DNA of 35,506 bases, taken from positions 1-35,506 of IMG/VR virus record IMGVR_UViG_3300047272_000219, one strand, 5' to 3'. Below, in pieces: positions 24,936 through 33,560 of this stretch. Every line of letters starts with the position of its first letter. Within the stretch, counting starts at the first letter, position 1. The DNA comes from a virus. Lineage: Duplodnaviria; Caudoviricetes. A model generated the notes under the pieces. That model saw only the letters and a program-made list of their open reading frames with translations. It was not told the DNA's origin and ran no database searches. The position numbers were made by a program, and so were the translations under genes.

Positions 24936-27474
24936 GCCAACAGACGGTATGAAGACAGAGGCCCAGCGCGGTCTTGATTGGCGCGAGGAGTATGGTCGCG
25001 GCGGTACTGAAATCGGTATTGGCCGTGCGCGTGATATTGTCGCAGGGCGGCAGTTATCTGAGGATGTTGTCAAGAGAATGTACAGCTTCTTCAGCCGTCA
25101 TGAGGTTGACAAGCAAGCCGAAGGTTTCCGTCCCGGCGAGGAAGGCTACCCTTCAAACGGGCGCATAGCTTGGGCGCTCTGGGGCGGGGACGCCGGGTTC
25201 TCATGGTCAAAAGATAAGGTAAACTCTATGGAAGAAAATCGCGCTGCCCCTGATGGGCTTAAGGTTGGTGATTTTGTCGAATGGAATAGTTCTGGCGGCA
25301 AAGCCCGTGGGCAAATCGAGCATATTATGCGCGAAGGCGTGCTTGGTATTCCCGATAGCGAATTTTCAATCAACGCGACTGAGGATGATCCCGCTGCATT
25401 GATCCGCATTTTCCGTGAGGGTGAGGCTACAGAAACCTTGGTCGGCCACCGTTTTTCAACACTTACAAAGATTTCGGACATTCGTTCTTCGGAAGAAGTG
25501 CAGCACCAGTTGAATGATGGTGATTTTGATGGTATTCGTTCTGAAGAAGCAACTGAGGATCAGTTAATGTCGGACGAAGAGAATCGTGCAACGGTTAAGA
25601 TCGAGATAGAGATCGATACCGAAGACCATTCTGAAGTTGAGGATGCGCCTTCTGAAGACATGCCTTCAGAGGATGTGCTTATTGATGTTTCCACAGAGGA
25701 GCGCAAGGCTCCTGTTGAGGTCTTGCATCGCGCCATTGACATGGAAGCGAAGGCTATTGACGAGAAAAAGCGCACTGTTGACATCGCTGTCTCGTCTGAA
25801 CTGGCTGTTGACCGCTCATTCGGAAAAGAAGTTTTGGTTCATGAGATGGGCGCTATTGACTTAGCGTTCCTCGCATCGGGCCGTGCACCACTGTTGCTCG
25901 ATCATGATATGGAGCGTCAGATTGGTGTTATTGAATCCGTGGAACTTTCTGGGGACCGCGTGCTTCGAGCCAAAGTCAGGTTCGGACGCTCGGCGCTTGC
26001 TCAGGAGGTTTTTCAGGACGTTGTCGATGGTATCCGGTCGAATGTATCGGTTGGTTATCGCGTCAACAAAATGGAGCGTTCCCCGAAGAATAAGGACGAG
26101 TACCTTGTTCGCTCTTGGTCGCCCCTTGAGGTATCTGTCGTTTCAATCCCCGCTGACCCGTCAGTTGGCGTGGGTCGTAGCGCGGCTGCTCTCGAACCCC
26201 AACCTACCATTGAACCATCCATCAAGAAGGAAGTCAAAATGACTGACGAAGTAAACTTGGATGCGGTTCGGGCCGAAGCAAATGCTGCTGCCGCTCGTAA
26301 CGCCTCCGAAATCATCTCGCTCGGCGCACGCCACAATAAGCGTGACCTCGCTGACGCAGCCATCCGTTCGGGCAAGAGCATTGAACAGTTCCGTGGTGAA
26401 CTGCTCGACGTAATCGGTTCGGACAAGCCGCTTGAGAACGAAAACATTGGTCTGACGAATAAAGAAATCCGTCAGTTCTCGGTTGTTCGTGCAATTGCTG
26501 CTCTCGCAAACCCAAGTGACCGTCGCCTCCGCGAAGCCGCTGCTTTCGAGTTTGAAGTCTCGGAAGCTGCTGCACAGCGTTATGGCCGTGGCGCACAGGG
26601 CGTTATGCTCCCAACCGACATTCTCGGCGTATGGGGCAAGCGCGACTTGAACACCAGCGATGACAACGAAATCGTTGCAACCAACTTGCTTGCTAACGAG
26701 TTCATCGACGTTCTGCGCAACTCTTCGTCCGTAATGCAAGCTGGTGCGCGTATGCTCCCCGGTCTTGTTGGCAACGTAGCAATCCCTAAGAAGACTGCTG
26801 CTTCGTCGGGCGGCTGGATCAGTTCTGAAGGTGGCGCTGCCTCTGAATCAGAACCAACCTTCGGCACAGTGTCGATGTCGCCAAAGAACATTGGCGCGTT
26901 CACCGACATGACCCGTCAGTTGATCCTCCAATCGACTCCTGCCATCGAGCAGTTGGTCCGTGACGATTTGACACAGGCTCTGGCCTTGGCAATCGACAAG
27001 GGCGCATTGGAAGGTTCGGGATCGTCCGGTCAGCCAACAGGTATCTTGAACACCTCCGGTGTAAACAAGCCAACCGCGTTTGCTGCTGCTGTTCCAACCT
27101 TTGCTGAAATGGTTGCTTTGGAAACTGCTGTTGCAGAAGACAACGCTCTGTTCGGCAACTTGGCCTACATCACGGACGCAGCCACTTACGGCGGTCTGAA
27201 GACGAAAGCTAAGGACGCTGGTTCGGGCATGTTCGTCCTCGAAGGTGGTCAAGCCAACGGTTACAACGTAATCCGCACTCAGCAGTCAACTGCTGGTAAC
27301 GTATACTTCGGTAACTTCGCTGACTGCTTGATCGGCATGTGGGGTGGTCTCGACCTGACGGTTGATCCTTACACCGCATCCAGCACCGGAACTGTTCGCG
27401 TTGTTGCGCTTCAGACTGTTGACGTTGCACTTCGCAACGCAGTCTCGTTCGCTTACAACAACGACACGGTATAA
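24925..27474 (+). CDS. Prohead protease-major capsid fusion with two additional N-terminal domains
   Basis: Protease PLLLDHD...IG...SVGY...EVSVVSIPAD; HK97-fold capsid C-terminus. Start at ATG 24925 overlapping the portal end; in-frame RBS+ATG at 25567 and 26239. Confidence 0.92.
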   Translation: MPYKPTDGMKTEAQRGLDWREEYGRGGTEIGIGRARDIVAGRQLSEDVVKRMYSFFSRHEVDKQAEGFRPGEEGYPSNGRIAWALWGGDAGFSWSKDKVNSMEENRAAPDGLKVGDFVEWNSSGGKARGQIEHIMREGVLGIPDSEFSINATEDDPAALIRIFREGEATETLVGHRFSTLTKISDIRSSEEVQHQLNDGDFDGIRSEEATEDQLMSDEENRATVKIEIEIDTEDHSEVEDAPSEDMPSEDVLIDVSTEERKAPVEVLHRAIDMEAKAIDEKKRTVDIAVSSELAVDRSFGKEVLVHEMGAIDLAFLASGRAPLLLDHDMERQIGVIESVELSGDRVLRAKVRFGRSALAQEVFQDVVDGIRSNVSVGYRVNKMERSPKNKDEYLVRSWSPLEVSVVSIPADPSVGVGRSAAALEPQPTIEPSIKKEVKMTDEVNLDAVRAEANAAAARNASEIISLGARHNKRDLADAAIRSGKSIEQFRGELLDVIGSDKPLENENIGLTNKEIRQFSVVRAIAALANPSDRRLREAAAFEFEVSEAAAQRYGRGAQGVMLPTDILGVWGKRDLNTSDDNEIVATNLLANEFIDVLRNSSSVMQAGARMLPGLVGNVAIPKKTAASSGGWISSEGGAASESEPTFGTVSMSPKNIGAFTDMTRQLILQSTPAIEQLVRDDLTQALALAIDKGALEGSGSSGQPTGILNTSGVNKPTAFAAAVPTFAEMVALETAVAEDNALFGNLAYITDAATYGGLKTKAKDAGSGMFVLEGGQANGYNVIRTQQSTAGNVYFGNFADCLIGMWGGLDLTVDPYTASSTGTVRVVALQTVDVALRNAVSFAYNNDTV

Positions 27475-27479
27475 GAAAT

Positions 27480-27522
27480 GTTGGGGACCGGGATTTGGAA
27501 GTCATCTCGGTCCCCGACTTCT
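27480..27522 (+). terminator. Strong hairpin after the capsid gene (terminator or mRNA stabiliser)
   Basis: GTTGGGGACCGGGAT-N9-ATCTCGGTCCCCGAC followed by a weak U-tract. Confidence 0.65.
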
Positions 27523-27534
27523 CAGGAGGTTTTC

Positions 27535-27741
27535 ATGCAATATAAATGTGTTCGTGGCGTTGTTACATCGCAAGGTCCGCTTAACGCGGGTGATATTGTC
27601 ACGCTTCCTGCCAGCGAGGCGTTGGTCCTTTTGGCCGATAATAAGCTGGAGATTTACGAAGAGGTCCGTGTTGCCGCACCGCCAAAGGTTGAGCACCGTG
27701 ACCCCGTGATTTCGCGTGGATCAAAGCGCAATGGGCGTTGA
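27535..27741 (+). CDS. Small head-associated protein
   Basis: CAGGAGG RBS; AGDIVTLP..EA..L pattern; position after the capsid gene. Confidence 0.65.
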   Translation: MQYKCVRGVVTSQGPLNAGDIVTLPASEALVLLADNKLEIYEEVRVAAPPKVEHRDPVISRGSKRNGR

Positions 27742-28042
27742 GTCTGCCGCTGATATTTTAGATTTCTTCGAGGTCGATGACTTTGCGGATGTTGCCACCT
27801 ACACAGCCGTAGGTGGCAGTGCTGTATCTGTGACTGGTATCTTTGACGAGCCACAGGCCAGCCGCAATGCCACCGACCTGATGGACATCACCATCCCATC
27901 GCCCCAGTTCGTTTGCCGCACGGCTGACGTTCCATCGGCGGCTGACGGGGACCAAATCATCATTCGCACCATAGCCTACACTGTTCGCGTTGTTTTGACA
28001 GACGGCACTGGCGTATCTACGCTGATACTCGAAAAGGTATAA
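27731..28042 (+). CDS. Head-tail joining protein (gpFII-like)
   Basis: Position; V.GIFD...GDQI.I...Y.V..V..DGTGVSTLIL beta-barrel pattern. Confidence 0.8.
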   Translation: MGVESAADILDFFEVDDFADVATYTAVGGSAVSVTGIFDEPQASRNATDLMDITIPSPQFVCRTADVPSAADGDQIIIRTIAYTVRVVLTDGTGVSTLILEKV

Positions 28043-28043
28043 T

Positions 28044-28487
28044 ATGAGCCATGTGAGGCAACAGATTAGGGACCGTGTTGCGACACTGGTAACGGGTTTG
28101 CCTACGACTGGCGCGAACGTCTACAAGATGCGCCGCTATGCGCTTGACGATGCCAAATTGCCAGCCATCTGCGTCTACACGATGGACGAGAGCAGTTCAC
28201 TGATTACAATCGGCACTCGCACGCTGCGCCGGGTCATTAACGTGGCAATTGACATCATGATCAAAGGGTCCAGCACTGCGGTGTCGGATTCCATTGATAC
28301 CATCTGCGTATCGGCTGAAGAAGCCATCGCTGCGGATTTCACTCTTAATGGTCTCGCCAAATCTTGCATTTTGACTAGCACTGAGATAGATATTAATGTA
28401 GAAGGCGAAAAATCAATTGCATCCGCAAGGTTGGTCTACACCGTAGAATACATCACCAGCATAACGGATGTGGAGACAGCGCGATGA
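28044..28487 (+). CDS. Tail terminator protein (gpU-like)
   Basis: MSHVRQQIRD...LPAICVY...; position before the tail tube genes. Confidence 0.75.
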   Translation: MSHVRQQIRDRVATLVTGLPTTGANVYKMRRYALDDAKLPAICVYTMDESSSLITIGTRTLRRVINVAIDIMIKGSSTAVSDSIDTICVSAEEAIAADFTLNGLAKSCILTSTEIDINVEGEKSIASARLVYTVEYITSITDVETAR

Positions 28488-28627
28488 AAATGGTTAAAGT
28501 CTATAACAAAACTGGCGATGAGATACTCGCCTGTGAAGTTGATCTGGACCGCTATGCTCAGATCGGCTGGACGCCCGTCAAAGAAAAGCCCAAGGCGAAG
28601 CCAGTGGCTAAAGAGGAGACTGAGTAA
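28484..28627 (+). CDS. Small virion-module protein (47 aa, MKMVKVYNKTG...), not in ORF track
   Basis: Manual translation; coupled at both ends; GGAG RBS. Confidence 0.65.
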   Translation: MKMVKVYNKTGDEILACEVDLDRYAQIGWTPVKEKPKAKPVAKEETE

Positions 28628-29025
28628 TGGCAACGCATACTGGTTCAGAGGGAACTGTTAAGGTTGGCGCGAACGCCATTGCTGAAATCCGTTCCTATTC
28701 GCTTGAGGAAACTGCTGACACCGCCGAAGATACTTCGATGGGCGACAGCTATCGCACGTTCAAAACCACGCTAAAGGCATGGACCGGATCGGTTGATGTG
28801 TTCTGGGATGAAACCGACACAAACGGTCAGGTTGCCCTTGCGGTTGGTTCTGAGGTGACTGCGAACTTCTTTCCAGAAGGCGCTTCGGCTGGTGTCTCTG
28901 AAAAATATTATACCGGAAACGCAATCGTTACAGGTAAGACCGTAACAGGCAGCTTCGACGGTATGGTCGAATCCACAATCACGCTTCAAGGCACTGGTGC
29001 TTTGACGCTATCCACCTTGGCGTAA
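28627..29025 (+). CDS. Tail tube protein, copy 1
   Basis: G.EGTVKVG...EDTSMGD...LKAWTGS...TITLQGTGAL; GAGGAG RBS. Confidence 0.85.
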   Translation: MATHTGSEGTVKVGANAIAEIRSYSLEETADTAEDTSMGDSYRTFKTTLKAWTGSVDVFWDETDTNGQVALAVGSEVTANFFPEGASAGVSEKYYTGNAIVTGKTVTGSFDGMVESTITLQGTGALTLSTLA

Positions 29026-29036
29026 GGACTATTTAG

Positions 29037-29429
29037 ATGGCAACGCATACTGGCTCTGAGGGAACTGTTAAGGTTGGATCAACCAACAGCATCCTTGAAA
29101 TCCGTTCCTACTCGGTTGAAGAAACATCTGATACTGCGGAAGACACCTCAATGGGTGACAGCTACCGCACCTTCAAGACCACGTTGAAAGCGTGGACAGG
29201 TTCGGTTGACGTATTTTGGGATGAGACCGACAGCACGGGCCAAGGCGCTCTTGTCGTTGGCTCAGAGGTCACTGTTCGGTTCATGCCAGAAGGTGCATCA
29301 TCCGGTGACACCTATCTGACAGGTAGCGCAATCGTAACTGGCAAAACTATCACAGGCAGCTTTGACGGCATGGTTGAATCCACAATCACTCTTCAAGGTA
29401 CTGGTTCGCTGAGTTCTGCTACAGTCTAA
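29037..29429 (+). CDS. Tail tube protein, copy 2 (~80% aa identity to copy 1)
   Basis: Manual alignment: about 106 of 129 aligned residues identical; TAAGGA RBS. Confidence 0.85.
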   Translation: MATHTGSEGTVKVGSTNSILEIRSYSVEETSDTAEDTSMGDSYRTFKTTLKAWTGSVDVFWDETDSTGQGALVVGSEVTVRFMPEGASSGDTYLTGSAIVTGKTITGSFDGMVESTITLQGTGSLSSATV

Positions 29430-29447
29430 TTTCAAAGGATATAATTT

Positions 29448-29786
29448 ATGAGTATTTCAAAGCGTATTGCAGAGCGTACATCGACCAAGACGCATATCGA
29501 GGTCGCAGAATGGGGTGAGAAGGGGTCGCCGGAAAAAGTTTATTACGGCCCCCTGCTTGCTGGTGAATTGAACCGCATCCAGCGCAAGCATCCCCAGTTC
29601 CTTAATAACGCATCGTTTGAGGCTATGGTCGATTTGATCATCCTCAAGGCGGAGAACGGCCAAGGTGAAAAGCTATTCACGCTTGAGGACAAGGCCATTC
29701 TGATGCGTGAAGAGGTTGGTGTTATCTCGACTGTGGCCGCTGCTCTTATGAGCGGAACCAGCGTCGAGGAGCATGAAAAAAACTAG
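29448..29786 (+). CDS. Tail assembly chaperone (gpG-like)
   Basis: Between tube and tape measure genes; ends in EKN* on a slippery site. Confidence 0.85.
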   Translation: MSISKRIAERTSTKTHIEVAEWGEKGSPEKVYYGPLLAGELNRIQRKHPQFLNNASFEAMVDLIILKAENGQGEKLFTLEDKAILMREEVGVISTVAAALMSGTSVEEHEKN

Positions 29787-29950
29787 CCGACGATCCGTTT
29801 AGGTTCAATCTACTGACCTTGGCGGATCGACTTGGCAAAACCATCTCAGAGATTGAAGAAATCTCAATAGACGAGTATAACGAGTGGGTCGCTTACTTTA
29901 AGCTGGACGCAGAGAGGCAGAAAAAGCGTGGCTCAGGATCAAAGAGTTGA
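29777..29950 (+). CDS. -1 frameshift extension of the chaperone (gpGT-like)
   Basis: A-AAA-AAC at 29777-29783; the -1 frame reads LADDPFRFNLLTLADRLGKTISEIEEISIDEYNEWVAYFK...* and has no ATG. Confidence 0.85.
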   Translation, partial: KKLADDPFRFNLLTLADRLGKTISEIEEISIDEYNEWVAYFKLDAERQKKRGSGSKS

Positions 29951-31871
29951 GTTTCTATTCGCGGCTCAGGTTTCTGGGCAGGAGCAGCTTCAGAAGCTAA
30001 TATCTTCTGTTGACTCGCTGCGCAAAGAGACTGAACAACTCAAATCCGCTAACGCTGGTCTTGCCTCATCCACTGATGCTGTAATCCGCAATGGTGTGCG
30101 ATACAATAACGCTCTTGACGCTCAGTCCAAGGCCCTTCGCAATAGCCGCATGGGTACTCAGCAGCTTGGGATGCAGATCAATGACTTTGCGACCAGTGTA
30201 TCAACTGGCGCAAGTCCCATCCAAGCATTTAACCAACAAATAGGTCAAGTCGGATTTGCGATGTCCATGATGGGCGGCGCAGCTGGAGCAGTTGGTTCAT
30301 TTTTAGCAGGGCCATTTGGCGTTTTTGTTATTGGCGCAGCAATGGGCCTCGGCTTTCTGGCAGAAAAATTTGGCTTGGTTGGCGAAGAAAGCAAGAAAAC
30401 AAAAAGTGATATTAATAGCCTAACTGATAGCTATAATTTGCAAACTGCCTCTATTGAGGATTTGGCGGCAATTGATGAGTTGTTGATTAAAAATAATCGT
30501 GACATTGCACAGACTGCGATACAGGCTGCAAATGCCAGTGCGATTGTCACTGCTAGGTATCGGGATCAAGCGCAGTCTGCCTTGACACTTGCCCGTATTG
30601 AGGCGGCGCTTGCCAGAACAAAACTGAATGGCATTATTGCGATTGCCGAAGCAAACACAAAATATCAGGATGCTCTTTCTGGTTCAGAGGCGTTTGCAAA
30701 TATTGGGCAAGACAATCAGAACACAGCAAGACAACTGGCTAATGCCAAGAAGGCGGAAGCAGCTTTAGGGGTATTAGAAAAGCGTTTAGAAGGCTACACA
30801 ATAGCCACAAGAAAGTCACAGGCGGAGTCCTACACCCTTTCTGCTGCGATGGGTACTTCGGCAATGGCCGCTGAAAAGCATGAGCAAACTATAAACAATT
30901 TGCGCAACGCTTATGCCAATGGGAAAATATCGCAGGATAAGTTTAGGGCGGCTGTGGACGCAGAAACCGCGTCTTATGCAAAGCTAAAAGATTCAATGAA
31001 AAAGGTTCGCGGCAAAACGCGCACTGGTAAATCTGATGCTGAAAAAGAGGCTGAAAAAGAACTAAAATCAATTGAAGCCTTTATGGATAAAATCGGCAAG
31101 GTGGGCATGAAGGAAATCCCTGCTTACCAGCGCGAGATTGCCATGTTGGAAAAAGACTTCATGGAACTGTCCAAGGCTGGACAGAGCGCGACCATTGCGC
31201 CGTTTAAGGCTGCTGTGGAATCGATTGAGATGAACGCTTACAGCGATATGCTCAAGGCTGATGTCAAAGAAGCTGAGACTATGATTAAAGACATAGTTTC
31301 CAACTTTGATGAAATACCCTTAAGCAAAGAGATAGAAGCAATCATTTCTAGGAACGAAGAGTTGAACAATTCATTCCAAGCCATTGGTATGAGCGTCAGC
31401 AATGCGTTCAAGGGTATGTTGACAGGCGCAACATCATTCAAAGATGCTATGAAGGGTATCATCAGCGCGGTGATCGATGAGTTGTTCCGCCTCTTCGTTG
31501 TCCAGCAAATTGTCGGCATGGTCAGCGGCGCAATTGGCGGTCTGACAGGTACTCCTGCTGCCAAATTACCGGGCAAGGCAATCGGCGGCTCCGTAGGCAA
31601 GAACAAACCTTATATGGTCGGTGAACAAGGTCCAGAGTTGTTCATCCCCGGCGGCAGCGGCACGATCATCCCCAACCGCAACTTGTCAAGCAACAGCGGC
31701 GGTGGAAACTTCAACATCAGCGTCGATGCGCGTGGCGCTTCAGACCCAGCCGCTGTTCGCGCTCAGGTGCAGCAGGGTATTATGGAAGCTGCTCCAGCAA
31801 TTATCGCTGCGGCAGAGTCGCGCACGGTTGCAAGCCTTCGTAGGCCGCGCCTCGGTGGAGTTATGCAGTAA
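29928..31871 (+). CDS. Tape measure protein
   Basis: Ala-rich helical protein; QINDFATSVSTGASPIQAFNQQ; C-terminal GGSV...YMVGEQGPELFIP. Confidence 0.92.
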   Translation: MAQDQRVEFLFAAQVSGQEQLQKLISSVDSLRKETEQLKSANAGLASSTDAVIRNGVRYNNALDAQSKALRNSRMGTQQLGMQINDFATSVSTGASPIQAFNQQIGQVGFAMSMMGGAAGAVGSFLAGPFGVFVIGAAMGLGFLAEKFGLVGEESKKTKSDINSLTDSYNLQTASIEDLAAIDELLIKNNRDIAQTAIQAANASAIVTARYRDQAQSALTLARIEAALARTKLNGIIAIAEANTKYQDALSGSEAFANIGQDNQNTARQLANAKKAEAALGVLEKRLEGYTIATRKSQAESYTLSAAMGTSAMAAEKHEQTINNLRNAYANGKISQDKFRAAVDAETASYAKLKDSMKKVRGKTRTGKSDAEKEAEKELKSIEAFMDKIGKVGMKEIPAYQREIAMLEKDFMELSKAGQSATIAPFKAAVESIEMNAYSDMLKADVKEAETMIKDIVSNFDEIPLSKEIEAIISRNEELNNSFQAIGMSVSNAFKGMLTGATSFKDAMKGIISAVIDELFRLFVVQQIVGMVSGAIGGLTGTPAAKLPGKAIGGSVGKNKPYMVGEQGPELFIPGGSGTIIPNRNLSSNSGGGNFNISVDARGASDPAAVRAQVQQGIMEAAPAIIAAAESRTVASLRRPRLGGVMQ

Positions 31872-32461
31872 TGGCAACAATATCCTTCCCCTCGTCCCCT
31901 AAGCCCAACGGCATGGCATGGCGCTTGGTCATGCCATCGCAGACCAATGTGTCGGAATGGACTGGTCGCCGTCAGACCATCGCATCTGGTCGTGGCTGGT
32001 GGGAGTGCCAACTGTCATTGCCCCCAATCGTGGGGACGCTCAATGTCAACGCATGGCGTTCGTTTATAGCTAAGAGCCGTGGCAAAGCTAACGATTTCCA
32101 AGTGCCTGTTGACCCAACGGCTCAGTCGGCATCAACAGCCACACCACTGGTAAACGGCGCAGGGCAGACCGGACGCACGTTGAGCACTGATGGCTGGCCG
32201 CTATCAACCACAGTGCTTGTCGCTGGTCAGTTCGTCACCATCAACAACCAGCTTTTGCAGTTGACTGAGAACGTAACGTCGAACGGCTCCGGTGTCGCAA
32301 CGCTCACTTTCGAGCCGCCGATCCGCACATCGCCAGCGGACAACACCGCCATCGAATACAAGAACCCGTATTGCTTAATGTATATGGTAGAGGAGCCAAC
32401 GCTTTCGGTTGAGAATGGCTATGTCTATAGCCTCTCGCTGAATCTTCGGGAGTCCTTCTAA
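31871..32461 (+). CDS. Distal tail protein
   Basis: Follows the tape measure gene; S.WTG..Q...W pattern with an inserted beta domain. Confidence 0.7.
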   Translation: MATISFPSSPKPNGMAWRLVMPSQTNVSEWTGRRQTIASGRGWWECQLSLPPIVGTLNVNAWRSFIAKSRGKANDFQVPVDPTAQSASTATPLVNGAGQTGRTLSTDGWPLSTTVLVAGQFVTINNQLLQLTENVTSNGSGVATLTFEPPIRTSPADNTAIEYKNPYCLMYMVEEPTLSVENGYVYSLSLNLRESF

Positions 32462-33165
32462 TGGTGGATGCAACCACCCAAGCAGCGCTTAATGCGCAGA
32501 TAGTCAACTGGCGCGTTCTTATCTATGCCGACTTTGACGGCGATGTGCTGCGTGGGACCAGCGGCCTTTACGACAAGGTCATCTCTGGATCAGGCGATGC
32601 TGAGTTGGATGGCACATACGACAGCTTCAACCACGAATTGATTAATGTGTCGGCTGTCAAGCACAGCGAAACTGGCTCTGATACGGTGTCAATCTCGTTA
32701 AGTGGTATGATTGTCAACCTTGACTATCTGCAAGAGCGTGACGGCGATTACATCTTTACACGCGATGAGCAACTGATCCGCGTGCGGTCTTCAGAGTTCC
32801 TGAACATCATTGGTGACAAGACGCGCTGGCAAGGGCGGACTGCTCGACTGTGGTTCTATTGCGTTGACGAGAACGAGACACAAATAGGCTCAATCATCCC
32901 GTATTACACAGGCTACATGAACGAGGTTAGCATCGCTGGCGCTCCAGATAGTCAGGTTGTGACCTTGACCATTGAGAACTATCTGGTCAGCATCGCAGGA
33001 GCGCAGAACAAGACCTACCTAATCCAGAACATTTTTGATTCCGGGGATCTTAGCGGTGAGGCAGCTATCTCTGCGGCCAACGGTATGGCAGCGGCAGGGT
33101 CTTATGGTTATGGTCCCGGAGGCGGAGGTGGCGGTGGTGACGGAAGCAATGGGAATTTCCGATGA
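32461..33165 (+). CDS. Baseplate hub / minor tail protein
   Basis: Position; WQGR.ARLW, Y.GYM, TIEN motifs. Confidence 0.65.
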   Translation: MVDATTQAALNAQIVNWRVLIYADFDGDVLRGTSGLYDKVISGSGDAELDGTYDSFNHELINVSAVKHSETGSDTVSISLSGMIVNLDYLQERDGDYIFTRDEQLIRVRSSEFLNIIGDKTRWQGRTARLWFYCVDENETQIGSIIPYYTGYMNEVSIAGAPDSQVVTLTIENYLVSIAGAQNKTYLIQNIFDSGDLSGEAAISAANGMAAAGSYGYGPGGGGGGGDGSNGNFR

Positions 33166-33560
33166 GAATACCGACATGGGAGGAGGCACTGGCCAATTAC
33201 ATGGCCGAAAAGCGTCACGAGCCGTTTGAATATGGCGTGAACGACTGCTGCCTGTTCGCTGCTGGCGCTGTGCTTCAGATTACGGGCAAAGACCCTATGT
33301 CTGAGTTCCGTGGCAAATACGACAGCCTAAAGGGTAGTCTCAAGGTCATCAAAGAGATCGGCGCAGGGACACTGGAAGCAACGCTCGACGCAAAGTTTCC
33401 AGAGGTTGCGATTGGACACGCACAAAGAGGCGACTTGGCTTTCTTTGACGGCTCTGTTGGTGTAGTGATGGGTGGCTTCGCCTATTTCGCTTCGGATGAC
33501 GGCTTAGAGAAAATCCCACGCGCTATGTGGGACAAGTGCTGGAGTGTTGGCCGTGGGTAA
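33162..33560 (+). CDS. NlpC/P60-like tail assembly protein
   Basis: PFEYGVNDCCLFAA...AQRGDL; position before the tail tip gene. Confidence 0.75.
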   Translation: MRIPTWEEALANYMAEKRHEPFEYGVNDCCLFAAGAVLQITGKDPMSEFRGKYDSLKGSLKVIKEIGAGTLEATLDAKFPEVAIGHAQRGDLAFFDGSVGVVMGGFAYFASDDGLEKIPRAMWDKCWSVGRG

